A stretch of 33,036 bases of DNA, from assembly GCA_032718475.1 (NCBI GenBank), contig JAUCBJ010008174.1:1-33036 (forward strand), given 5' to 3'. The notes beneath the pieces were generated by a model. It was given only the letters and a program-made list of their open reading frames with translations. It had not been told where the DNA came from and ran no database searches. This DNA comes from Nemertoderma westbladi (Eukaryota > Animalia > Xenacoelomorpha). The translations under genes were made by a program, and so were the position numbers. Numbering within the stretch: position 1 is the stretch's first letter; each line of letters opens with the position of its first letter. Below, one piece after another: positions 11,356 through 22,370 of the stretch.

Positions 11356-11802
11356 CTAAGCCCGCCTGTTCCTCGAAGCCATAGCTCTGTGCCCTAGCTT
11401 CCTCCTCCCTTTCCTCTGCTTCTCTCCGATCCTCTCCTTGAACCCTCCTCGTCTTCCACGGTCCCTTCGTCGTCTAGGATCATGTATCCTCCCCTGCTGA
11501 CGGACTCTACGAACCTCTTCCAATCTTTCCTCGGTGACTCCGAACTTCGCCTCGTCTCCATTCACCACGTAATGGAAATGCTCGAAGATCGCGTTGTCCA
11601 GCGACCGCGTCCCATAGGTCCCGACCAGCCGCTGTTCGTGCACCTCCCTGAAGTGGTCCTGTAGCACTCGCGCTGCGTGACCCTTCTCTAACCACTCGTA
11701 GAATCCCCTCGTCCTCTCTTCCGGAAGCCTCTTGGTGAAATCCACCAGTATCTCCTTTCCTCCTAGCTCCGCCTTTCTCTTTCGCACAAGTTTGCTTGCC
11801 AT
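11356..11802 (-). CDS. Extra ORF (ORF3), N-terminal part; probably joined to 10014-11345 across a frameshift
   Basis: ATG at 11802 in GAGATGG context, MASKLVRKRKAE..., with an Arg-rich RRRRDRGRRGG stretch. The downstream frame is open from 11393, so the two frames overlap. Confidence 0.6.
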   Translation of the reverse strand: MASKLVRKRKAELGGKEILVDFTKRLPEERTRGFYEWLEKGHAARVLQDHFREVHEQRLVGTYGTRSLDNAIFEHFHYVVNGDEAKFGVTEERLEEVRRVRQQGRIHDPRRRRDRGRRGGFKERIGEKQRKGRRKLGHRAMASRNRRA

Positions 11803-12293
11803 CTCGAACTCTGCCCGATCGCTCACCTTTTGGGTGGTGCCTTACCAAGGCGCTATAGGATGAGTGATAGGTTTAGATGGTTTATTTCAGTTCGATGGCC
11901 TATCTCTCTCTGAATTTCTGAGTTATTGCCTATTCTTTACACTACTTGATTATGAAGCTACTAAATGTACCCTAAATCGCAATTTTGTCCGTTACTTTAA
12001 TTATATTCCAGAATTTCCTTTTCCACTGTTACCATAATTTGCTAATTTTCAGCCCTATTTTTATTTTATTTTAATTTAATTTAATTCTACTGTCCTACTA
12101 CTTACTATTGCCTATGGATTATTCTATTTTATAATCCACATTCTGGCCTATTCTGTGGGCCTGTGCAGTACAACAGTATGTGTCGCGTGGCCACACGATT
12201 TATCCAGCTGTACTCATATGCCCCCCTCTCGCTACTCACTACTGACTAATATCTATACTATATATACCCTTCTACCTCTATCTCTTACTAACT

Positions 12294-12662
12294 GGTACTA
12301 CGTACCCTCTTACTAACCTCTAACTCTCTCTAACTAACTAACGGTACTACGTACCCTCTAACTCTTACTCTCTCTAACTAACGGTACTACATACCCTCTT
12401 ACTAACCTCTAACTCTCTCTAACTAACCAACGGTACTACGTACCCTCTAACTCTTACTCTCTCTAACTAACGGTACTACGTACCCTCTTACTACTCTAAC
12501 TCCACTAACTAACGGTACTATGTACCCTCTTACTACTCTAACTCCACTAAGTAACGGTACTACGTACCCTCTTACTACTCTAACTCCACTAACTAACTAA
12601 CGGTACTACGTACCCTCTTACTAACCTCTAACTCCGCTAACTAACTAACGGTACTACATACC
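12294..12662. repeat. Array of 9 GGTAC-TAC-GTACC stem-loop units separated by CT/AAC-rich linkers
   Basis: Units at 12294, 12343, 12383, 12432, 12472, 12514, 12556, 12602 and 12650; spacing 40-49 bp. Confidence 0.9.
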
Positions 12663-12856
12663 CTCTTACTCTTACTATCTAACTTCTATCTGCCTACTTA
12701 CTGCGTACCTAGTTATGTACTATTATTTACTAATAGTATGTACTATTTATTTTATTTTTTATTTTATTTTATGTGTGGGAAGGGCGTCTCGCCCTCAATC
12801 CCACCCCCCTCAGTCCAAAACTTGGACGACTAAACTCTACTAAACTCCACTCTAAC

Positions 12857-14760
12857 TCAAGGTGCCCCCTCTAGCAGACAGCACTTCCCTACAGCCCTCC
12901 TGTAGGTCTTCCTGTCTTTCGCACCTATTTTGCCACCTATACGCACTTCTACCGATCGGACTCTTCCGTCCTCATCGGAGTAAGTGCCTACAACTCTCGC
13001 CAACCGCCACTGGTTGTTGATGATGGTATCATCCGTGACGATCACGAGATCACCCTCTCTCAACTCTCTGTTCGTTTTCCTCCACTTACTTCTTCTGTGA
13101 AGCGTGGGTAGGTATTCCTCAACCCATCTCCTCCAATACTCTGCGCTTATCGCCTTAGCGACTTTCCAACTCTGGCGGGAGTGTATGTCATCTGGGTCTA
13201 TACCCCGCATATCGATGGTCGCTGGCCTTTCCATTAAAAAATGGCTGGGCGTCAGCACGTCTAGTGATTCAGGGTCATCATTCTCTGGGTATAGCGCTCT
13301 GCTATTAATGATACCCTCATACTTCGCAAGTACTGTCCTTAGCACATCCTCCGTAACCATATGGGTGTTCATCAACTTCGTCATCAGATGCTTCGAACTA
13401 CCCACGAGTCTCTCGACGCATCCTAGGGTATGCGGTGCATACGGCGTCCTCCTCTCCCACTTTACTTGTCGTCGCCTCATGGCTGCCCTGACTTCCTCTC
13501 CTTCCAGGATATCCAAGGCCTCTGCCATCTCGTTCTCCGCCCCCACAAAGTTGGTCCCGTTGTCGGAGTATATCACTGCGATCATCCCACCTTTGCGGTC
13601 TCTAAACCTTTCTAAGGCATTAATGAATGCCGATGCGGTTGGATCTTGGGCGAGTTCTATCCCTACCGCCCGCGTGTTATTACATACGAAGATAATACCG
13701 TAGCGTTTCTCCGTGTGCCGCATCACATTGATCTTTATCGGCCCGAACATGTCCACACCGCAATGCGTAAATGGCGGGTCGTGTTGTCTTACCCTACTCG
13801 CCGGTAGTGGTGCCATCTCCTGTATGGCTCGCTCCTTCTTCGCTTGTCGACAGCTCTGGCACTGCCCCACTACCACCTTTACCTTCTTCCTCAACTGTTT
13901 GACCCAAAAGGTCCTCCTTATCTCCGTGAGGGTTCGGTTGGTGCCCCCGTGCAATATCGACTTGTGGGAGTCCCAGATAATCTGGTGGACTATCGGCGAT
14001 CCTATGGGGATGATGATGGGCTTTGGTGGTACGACGATACTGTTGTTGTATCCCACCCTAGAGTTCATTACTAGGATCGCGTCGTCATTAAGTTGTGGTG
14101 ACAGCATGATGAGCTCGCTGTCCCGCCAGAGATGCAGTTGTTTACCGACGCGTTCCACCTCGTCGCCGTAGTTCTTCCTCTGCTCGTAGCGGATGACTGC
14201 TTTGGCCGCTCCTTCCAGATCTATTGTCATTCTAATCTTCACGTCTTTGCCAACTCCCCTGAGGAAATTCCCGAAGGCTCTCCAGTACGCCACTAATTTC
14301 TTGGTCTTGTACCAGCTAGAACTGTAGCTAAGGAGTTTATCTGTCGGATTATCGCACAGTTCTCCTGATTTTGGTTGCACGCCCCTAATCTCCCTCACCA
14401 TCTGGGAGTATATCTCTTCTCCCTCTGAATCTCCCTCTTCTCCTTCTGACACTACTTCTCCTGAGCCCGGGTCCACCTTTCTCATCGGCGGCCAGGCCTC
14501 CTTATCGCTCAGAAACTGTGGCCCGTGTTGCCACAATACTTCCTTCTTCAAGAAAGTGTGGCGTACTACACCCCTCGATAACAAGTCCGCTGGGTTCTCG
14601 TCCGTTGGGCAGTAGTGCCACCTTTCCAGTTCTGTGGTCGCCCTTATTTCGTCCACTCTGTTCGCGACGAATATAGGGTATCTCGTCCTTTCGTTATGTA
14701 GCCAACCAAGCACTACCATGGAATCCGTCCAGTAGTGTGTCTCCACTATGTTGGGATAGC
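12857..14760 (-). pseudogene. pol: pol: RNase H C-terminus, integrase (HHCC + DDE) and DUF5641-like C-terminus
   Basis: WTDSMVVLGWL, CPTDENPADLLSRG, H..HGG...CQSC, CGVDMFGP, YSDNGTNFVGA, GCVERLV, LTPSHFL, W..EYLPTL..RSKW, GDLVIV, WRLARVV (within ORF 12857-15034). Confidence 0.95.
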
Positions 14761-16317
14761 ATCCATTAGGTAGGCTGTAGCCCCAACTCCTAGTCTTGCA
14801 GCTGTCAATTCTAATTTGGGAACCGATGCTGAATCTGGTGGCGTTGACTTCGCCTTGCTGAAGGCGAGTCTGGGCTTGTGAGCCCCCTCTCGTTGTACTA
14901 AATAGAGTGCCGCTCCGTATGCCTCTAACGACGCATTGGAGAACATGTGTAGGTCCAGATTCGTCATGTCCCCATCCGGGAAATACACTCGTGGCATGCT
15001 GTATGTTCCCATTTGCTCCAGGCTCTCTGTCCACTTATACCACTGCTTTCTAATCTCTTCCGGTATCTCTGCGTCCCACTCGTTCTTTAGTTTGTATACT
15101 CTCTTGAGTATCTGTTTCCCGGTGACTAATAGTGGGGATGCTAGGCCTAGGGGATCGTATATCCTTGCTATGTACGACACATAGCCCCTCTTTGTGTGGA
15201 TATCTGCGCCCTCCTGACTCAACTGGTACTTCAGTTCATCCGTCTCTCTGTTCCACACGATTCCCAGTGCCTTCTGTTGAGACTCTATTCTCTTGTTCGC
15301 CATGTCCTGCCCCTTGGCTGTTGTGGGATTATCCATGGTAGATCCTGGTCTCTCATCTTTTATCGCCTCAATAAATTCCTTCGAACTGGATTGGAATTTG
15401 GTTAGGTTGAAGCCGGATCCTTTAAGGATGTCGCGAACCTCGCGCCCTGTGTCCAGTAGCTCCTTAACCATATTTCCAGACTCCATCCCGTCGTCTACGT
15501 AGAAGCCGCGTCGAATCATATCGACGGCTCTAGTACTGTATTTATCTTCCTTTCCCTTTACTGTGTCTCTTACGGCCATAGTCGTCGTGAATGAAGACGA
15601 CTTGGCTCCCATATTCTGTACTATCATCTTGTACATCGGTATTGTCGACGGTTCCACGTCGCCGTTGTACCATAAGAAGCGTTGACTGTGGCTATCCTCT
15701 TCCGTCACACGGACTTGGTTGAACATGCCTTCTATGTCACAGGTGAAGGCGTGTTTCCCATTCCTGAATCTGAGTAGGACCTCTATCCCTGAGTTGTATA
15801 TGTTGGGACCCTCTAGCAGATAGTCGTTTAGGCATTTCCCGTCGGTCTTTGCCGATGCGTCCACTACCATCCGCAGTTTACCTTTCTTCGGATCTAAAGC
15901 CATGTGGAGTGGCAGGTAATATGTCCTGTCCGTGTTCGGTTCGTCGACCGGTAACTCCACGGCCCATCCCTTCTTGACGTACTTTCTGATTGTCTTATGA
16001 ATGTAGTCATTCTTTTCGGGGCTCCGCTTTAATGTCTGTTTCAACTTACGAAGCCTCGTGAGTACCATTCCTTTATTATCGGGCAGTGGTAGCTTTGTTA
16101 GCTTCCATACCATTCCTATGGTATACCGCCCCTCGTCGCATCTCATAGACTCCTCTACGCTCTGCTGAGCCTGCTTGTCTTCCACCGAGGTCCCGACCCC
16201 GGTTTCCTTTAGTCCCTCAAAATCCTGCCTGAGCAGTCTCTTGAGCTGTTCCTCCGCTCTCTCATCCCCCATTTCTTGCATAGTTCCTGCGAACATGCAT
16301 CCTGATGTCTCCGACAT
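14746..16317 (-). pseudogene. pol: pol: Pao-type reverse transcriptase and RNase H N-terminus
   Basis: YYLPLH, KLRMVVDASA, LNDYLLEGPN, LLRFR, DIEGMFNQV, QRFLW, FYVDD, IYDPLG, LHMFSNAS..AYGA, PKLEL. Frameshift at ~14755. Confidence 0.95.
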
Positions 16318-16370
16318 CCTAAATGGTATCTTACTCTTAATTGGCCGCTTAATCTTACTCTTAATTACTC

Positions 16371-16800
16371 TTAGTGGGCCGTCGGGCAGTCCATTCCTAC
16401 TATGATGGATACCTTCCTAACGTCCACCTCTGGGATTGAGAAGTCGATATCATCCAGGAATTTATATTGTTCGACCTCGATGTTGGTTGGCTGCCTGGCA
16501 TTGATATTTATTGACTCTATCACTTGGATGGGGTCGATGGTCGCCCCATAGTCGCATCCCGGTGCCACCGCTGCTATCGCGCACCGCCCGGTCCTCATCT
16601 CCAGGACCTCATCTTTGCTAGAGATTGTTGTTACCGCCATTCTACTTGGCCTCGTTCTCAACCCTATCTCTTCGGCCACCCAATTTTCGATTAATGTGAA
16701 GGCAGCTCCACTATCGACCAGCATCAGCGTGGTCACTGATCAATTGCCTTCTCCAATCACTCGCACTGGTACCACCCCAAGTAGCACCGTTCCTCTCTTC
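16371..16800 (-). pseudogene. Aspartic protease domain
   Basis: VLLGVVPVRV..(in-frame TGA at 16740-16742)..TLMLVDSGAAFTLI...VSIIVGMDCP. Confidence 0.85.
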
Positions 16801-18989
16801 TTCGCCCCTACTGTGCTCGTTGCCATCATTTGACCTTTGCTTTGACCGAACTTGATTGGCGTCTCCTTGCATTGCCTAGCTCTATGTCCACTCATCACAC
16901 ATCGTGAGCAGATCTCATTTCTCGCTGGTATTCTACCTGATCTTCCCTGGGTAGCGCTTGCCAGTACCTGCAGTTCATGGTTTGATGAAGCGCATTTGTA
17001 TGTAGCTGGCATTTGCTCTTTGGGTCATAGCCGTCCTTATACAGTGCATTGCGTATCGCAGTTGCATTTGTACCAAAGTCCCTACTATTCTTATTGTTTG
17101 GGTTCGGCCTACTGGGCGTACTGGGGTTATATTTATTTGTGTTGTTATTTTTCCCCTGTCCGCTCCATGATGTGGTCTTACCCCCGGCTACCTGTGGACT
17201 TGCAGTCCCCTGCGTCGCTGCGTATGGCAGTGATTGCCTGAGCTTTGGTAATGCGTTTGACGTGTTGTGTTCTGGTTTCAGTCTATGGTAATCGGTTCTT
17301 GGTCCCTTTCCCAGGCTGTCCTCACTATAGACTGGGTCGGTTATTAATTCGGCTTCGTAGTTTAAGAAGCTCGACATTTCTTCTAAACTTGGTTCCGCAC
17401 CCTTCCTATCTCGAGTGGAGAAAGCGATTTTTCTCCACTTGTTGCTCAGCCACATCGGTAGTGCCTGCGCTATCGTGGTGATGTTGTTGGACGCGTTGAG
17501 TTCGTATGGCGCGTCTAGCGTCTTTAGCACGATTAGCGCCTTCTCGACCTTGTTCGCGAACGTCTTAATGCTAATGGGATTATCCTTTAGGCCACCCGAT
17601 GTTATGCCCCTCAGGGTTTGCTGGATGATCTTGGCCGGGTGCCCGTATTCCCTGTCCAGTGCCCGCCATGCCGTCGTGAAGCCGCCCTCTATGCCCTGGT
17701 ATTGCCTCACGATGTCGTATGCTGGGCCTCCTGTATATACTTGCAGATATTTTAGGCACTCTGCCTGCGTCAAGTTCTTTGTTAGTATTTCGTTACTATA
17801 CATGCGCCGAAACTTCAGATATTCTTCCGGCCTACTCCCATCGAATTTAAACGGTTCCACGGGTGGTAACTCGATCCTAGTTTTTAACGCATCGATCAAC
17901 GTGGCCATCCCCATCGCCTGCGCTTCCAATGGGTTCGATGGATGTTGTATAGTTTCTCCTGTTGGGTGTGGTCCGTCCGTCCTATTTTCTACCTTCCTCT
18001 GGCTTGGTTATATGATTGGGGGTAGCGGCCCCCTCCATATTTCTGTGTCGCATGATCTATTTTCATCCAAGGGTCTCGTTGTTCTTGCTCCTATCGGGGT
18101 ATATTGTTGATATTGTGATGGGGGAATGTCACCCTGCCCCCCCCCCCCCCACCGGTATGTTTGGTATTGGGGTTGATGTTAATATATTGGGGCCCATGCA
18201 CCTATCCGTAATAATTCCCCCCTCCCCTGGGTATATGTTATGTCCTTGCATGCTGTAGTCATACTGCTGTACTGGTACCGGTATAGGCCTATCAGCTTCT
18301 GGCCTACCTGCCGGTATGTACTCCGTGACTTCCGGGATTAATCCTGTCCTATCGCCTACATTATTCCTGCCAGCATGGCCTATGGTATGTGCAGTAAGGC
18401 CTACAGTATGTCCCACAGTCTGTATGTGTCGCTCGGGATCGAAGTTTAATCTTCTCGAATAATCCTCCCCGCGGCTACCATATTCTCGATCGCTAGCTAT
18501 ATCCCGCCGGGAAGTTTCTCTTCGACCCCCTCCACTGCTCTCATCCTCGTGCCGGTACATCGCATACCCCTCTATTGGCACATAGTGCGCCTCGTCAGGT
18601 CGCGCCTCTCTGGGACGACGGCAATCTCCCGAAGTTCAACCCCACCGACTCTCTGTTCCCATCTCGACTATCGATGGCTCGCTATCCATCCTCGCTCTCC
18701 TATCGTTCGCGGTGATACTTCTCCTACTATCTTCTCTTCTTCTCTTTTCAGTGCAGTATTCCCGCTCGTGAGATCTCTCGTCAACCTCCCGGTTAAACTC
18801 CACTGTTCTTCTTCCCTCTTCTGATCGGGCTCGACGCTTCGTCTGCCCTCTCGCGACGTCAACCTGCCTCTCTCTGCTCGATCGCATGCCGCTGGGGATA
18901 CCCGCAATCCCCCTATTACTCTCCGTCGCCGGGTGTTGCGGTTTACCTAGCTCGGCCCGCGCATTATCCGCAGACGCCTGTGGGACACT

Positions 18990-19205
18990 CTCTGCCCCCC
19001 CCTCTCGCTACTAATCTGTCATGGTGGGGCGCCTGTAGCCTCCCCCCACCCACCGCATCTAACTTCACCATCTCCTACCACACTTCTGCGTCCCTCCTGT
19101 CAGACATTCTCCACCCCCCTTCTCTCGCCACTAATCTTCCATGGTGGGGTGCCCGTAGCCCCCCCCCCCCACTTGCCACATCTTACTTCACTATCTCTTA
19201 CTTCG
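18990..19205. repeat. ~120-bp diverged tandem duplication in gag
   Basis: ATGGTGGGG anchor at 19021 and 19141 with similar flanks. Confidence 0.75.
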
Positions 19206-19259
19206 TCTCTACACCACTCTCTAGTCGACGCACTGTCTCTACTACGGCTGGGTCTATTC

Positions 19260-19425
19260 ACCCCCGCCTCTCTCTCTACTACTGCGTGGCCTACCAGGCC
19301 CACCTCGGGTTGGCTCAACCCCGCTACCTCCTGCCTACCAACTACGTGGCCTACCAGGCCGCCGTCGGGTTGGCTTAACCCCGCCACTTCCTGCCTACTA
19401 ACTACGTGGCCTACCAGGCCCCCGT
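19260..19425. repeat. 60-bp tandem repeat (~2.7 copies) encoding LVGHVV.RQEVAGLSQPDGG
   Basis: CGTGGCCTACCAGGCC at 19285, 19345 and 19405. Confidence 0.85.
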
Positions 19426-19571
19426 CTGCCAGGTTGTGTATGTCCGACACGTTCACATTAATAGCACCACTGTGATTGTCACCTGTTAAACCAATTTGGT
19501 CCTCTAGTTCACCTAAATTATTTTGTGCACCAAAATTAGAAACATAATTATTTTGTTCGTTCGAGATAAGA

Positions 19572-19670
19572 TTATTTGAATTATTTTGCGTGACTTACAT
19601 TATTTGAGTTATTTTGCGTAATTACGTTATTTGAGTTATTTTGCATAATTACGTTATTTGAGTTATTTTG
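19572..19670. repeat. 27-bp tandem repeat encoding QNNSNNVI(T/M) on the minus strand
   Basis: TTATTTGAGTTATTTTG at 19600, 19627 and 19654, with a variant at ~19572. Confidence 0.8.
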
Positions 19671-21024
19671 TAAATTCGAATTCGTATTATTATTTAAATT
19701 ATTTGGATTATTTGTATTTAAATTTGAGTTACTACTACTGGTAAAATATTTCCTGGAATAAAGGTTTGGCTAGAATTATCCAATACGGTACTATTAATAT
19801 TAACGTCGTCTACTGTATTATTATTATTACCCCCCCCCCCCCCCTGCCCGTACAGTCACACCAGTCTCGGGTCTGTCGTGCGGTCCCTGTAAGTGGGGTA
19901 TTAATAAATGTATCCACGGCCCTTGGCTCCTCGAAAGCACCCGAGCCAGCGTCACTCTCTGACAACCCCATCTGCGCCAGTTCCAGTTTGCACTTCTGTC
20001 TAGTTTGGTATTGCATAAGCCCGCTAAGGCAAGTATGTAAATCATCCCGCACACGCTTCCCCTCTGCCACTCTTTCCTTATTCTCCCGCGCGTTCTGCTC
20101 GGCCAATTCCGTCTCTCTCCTAACTCTCTCCATTCGTCTCACCTCCCTCGCCACCTCACGCTCTCTACGTCCCGCCTCGTGCTCTTTACGTTCACTTTGC
20201 TCTCTCGCCTCACCCTCCTTACGTTCACTTTCCTCTCTCGCCTCACGCTCTTCTTGTTCCTTCCTCCCTATTTCCTCGCACTCCCTAAAGCTTCTCGCGG
20301 CCTTCTCGGCCCTCTCTCCGGTCTCTCTAACCAGTTCCATTTCTTTCTCTAATAGCGCTCTCCCCTCCTCTAACTGTCTCTCTACTTCTCTCTGGTCTTG
20401 CGCTATCAGATCGAGATGGTACACCGCATTTATTTCCCTCACCCGTCTTTCTTTTGCGGAGGATGTAGCAGACTTATCGGTTGTGACGGATTCCCTCCGC
20501 CTTCCCGTCCTACTAACTTTCCCCCGCCCCCCAGAACTTCCTCCGACCGACGAGACCGAATCTTCGGGGTTAACCTCGGATTCGCCCTCCTGCGGTCTCC
20601 TCCAACCCACTAATTTTACTCCCCGGGCATCGACTAAGTATGGCCCTATGTACACTACACTAGGCTGTATACCCCTACACTCCCATAGATCACACAGTTC
20701 GCTTGCAACCTCTCTCGCTCTCCCCTCGGCTAGTTCTCTCTGTCCAAAGCGCATTAGGTAGTTAAAGTGTTCGTTCGACTCACCTAGTCGCCTTTTCAAC
20801 TTCACCTGATCTATCTTGGCCCCTCCTTTGGTCTCTTTGAGCAGTTTCCGGGTCGCGTTGTAGGCCCGTCGAAGTCGATCGCTGACCCCGATGTCCTCGT
20901 CGCCGACGTCTCCTCTATCTCTCCGGGTCCGGCGTCGTACCGGCGGCCCCACCGTCGCCATTCCGGTGGACCCACGGTCCACCGGCGACATCGGCGACAT
21001 CGGCACGTCGACCGCCGTCATGTG

Positions 21025-21157
21025 TCGACTCGCCTCTCTCTCCTCCCGACTCGTCTCTCCTTTCTCTCGACTCGTCTCTCCTTTCTCTCGACTCGTCTCT
21101 CCTTTCTCTCGACTCGTCTCTCCTTTCGCTCGACTCGTCTCTCCTTTCTCTCGACTC
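21025..21157. repeat. 21-bp tandem repeat (~6 copies) at the 5' end of gag
   Basis: (TCGACTCGTCTCTCCTTTCTC)n, read as SREKGET or ESRERRD on the minus strand. Confidence 0.9.
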
Positions 21158-21400
21158 ATCCTCTGGTTCCAGACAGCCCCCCTCATCCTGAATTGCCGGA
21201 TCGCCCGTTGTGGATGGCTCCTGTGTCGTGGGCCGATACCGTCTAGTCGCGGCCTCGCGGATCGTTAGATCGCCGTCCGGGGTCCGCGGCGGTGTTGTTT
21301 CTCCCGTTCGACTCATCTTGTACTTTAGATTGGTGGCTGGTAGTCAGTTTCGTGTAACTGTCAGTATCTATTGCTTAGGGCAGCAGTTGGTTTCAATTAC

Positions 21401-21924
21401 TGTGACGGGATCCCGGTTTATCCGGTTTTCAATCTATGCGTCCCCGCCATGTGTGTGAAAGGTAAAGAGTTATTGATCGCTGTATATAGTTCTCCGGGTA
21501 TAATAGTACAAGATATAATATTGGATACACAAATGGAATGTGAAGACAGAGACGGAGACGGAGACGATAATTGAAGTTCCGGTACTACCCTAGCTAAACT
21601 GACTTACTATAAGTGAATGAAATGATTACTGTACTGATAATATATATTGCACGGTTGGCCGTGTTACATTACTCAACCGATGCCTTCCCCCCATTGGCTA
21701 ATAACCCTGTTGTCGCCCTTTGCCTCCCCTGGAGGGTTTCCCTTCACTCTTGTTACTATCTCTCTCTCTCAGGGGTGTAACCCCTGACCCTTATTGTGTG
21801 TGTGTGTGCTTTCTCCTTCCCACTTTGTTGGGGAGACACGAGGTTGATTGCTCACCCTCGTGTTCCCCAATATTGCTTAACGGCTTACTTTATGGGGTGG
21901 TTAGCGGAATTGAATAAGCTAACA
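21401..21924 (-). repeat. 5' LTR (524 bp)
   Basis: Direct repeat of 8923-9457 with about 6 substitutions, an 11-bp indel and small microsatellite indels. Confidence 0.97.
21611..21697 (-). promoter_or_regulatory. Putative LTR Pol II promoter (CCAAT, TATA, Inr-like)
   Basis: Minus strand: CCAAT (21697-21693), TATATATT (~21646-21639) and TCATTTCATTC about 20-30 nt downstream of the TATA. Confidence 0.45.
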
Positions 21925-22370
21925 TAATTAATAGTTTGATCCACCGGTATTAGTACACATATTAGTTGGCTTGAGGTAAAAAAAACTTTAAAAACAGCAT
22001 TATAATAACATCAACAAGTTAAAATAATTTAAAAACATACTGTAATTATAGGCATTGTTGGATAATTACTGTAATTATACCAAACTAAGCGCTACCAAAG
22101 ATAATTTACTTCCGGTATGTTGTAGTCCAGTAGACGCTCTGACTACTATTATATTCACAATAAAATTATAAAAAAGACAATTTTTCAAGCTATGAAATTC
22201 CAAGTTACGTTCCCTCCAAGTTTGAGTCAGACCACATATAATGTAAATGTAGAATTTTGCACGCAGTGTCCAAGAGATGATTGACATTAAATAACTATAA
22301 TTCTCGCGGTCTCCAGTCGGGACATTTCTTAAATTGAAGTAGATCCTTGATTAACCAATAATTATAATTC

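Larger units (their letters stand above)
16860..21316 (-). pseudogene. gag: Very long gag (~1480 codons), broken into several frames
   Basis: PEDSVSSV + Ser-rich + coiled coil (19810-21186), then Asn-rich and other repeat blocks, a DUF1759-like capsid region PFKFDG..Y..F..CLKYL..GPA..AW..LDREYG (16895-17929), and knuckles CQLH..H..C and CSRC..GH..C. Confidence 0.8.
8923..21924 (-). mobile_element. Full-length BEL/Pao (Belpaoviridae) LTR retrotransposon, ~13.0 kb, coding region disrupted
   Basis: Two ~99% identical TGT...ACA LTRs, 5-bp TSD, PPT, and gag(DUF1759-like)-PR-RT-RNaseH-IN order with Pao-type motifs. Confidence 0.97.

Noticed and set aside
9543-11397. Plus-strand ORFs (9543-9935, 10434-11192, 10828-11397)
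   Set aside because: Antisense shadows of GC-rich, purine-skewed coding DNA with no recognisable motifs
10014-11802. env gene
   Set aside because: Position fits, but there is no signal peptide, TM anchor or glycoprotein-like pattern; the cysteines form CCHC knuckles
12294-12662. CRISPR array
   Set aside because: The spacers are low-complexity and related to each other, there are no cas genes, and the context is a eukaryotic retrotransposon
13104-21268. Long plus-strand ORFs opposite gag-pol (e.g. 13104-13703, 17415-18110, 19766-20761)
   Set aside because: Ser/Leu-rich antisense shadows of the real minus-strand frames
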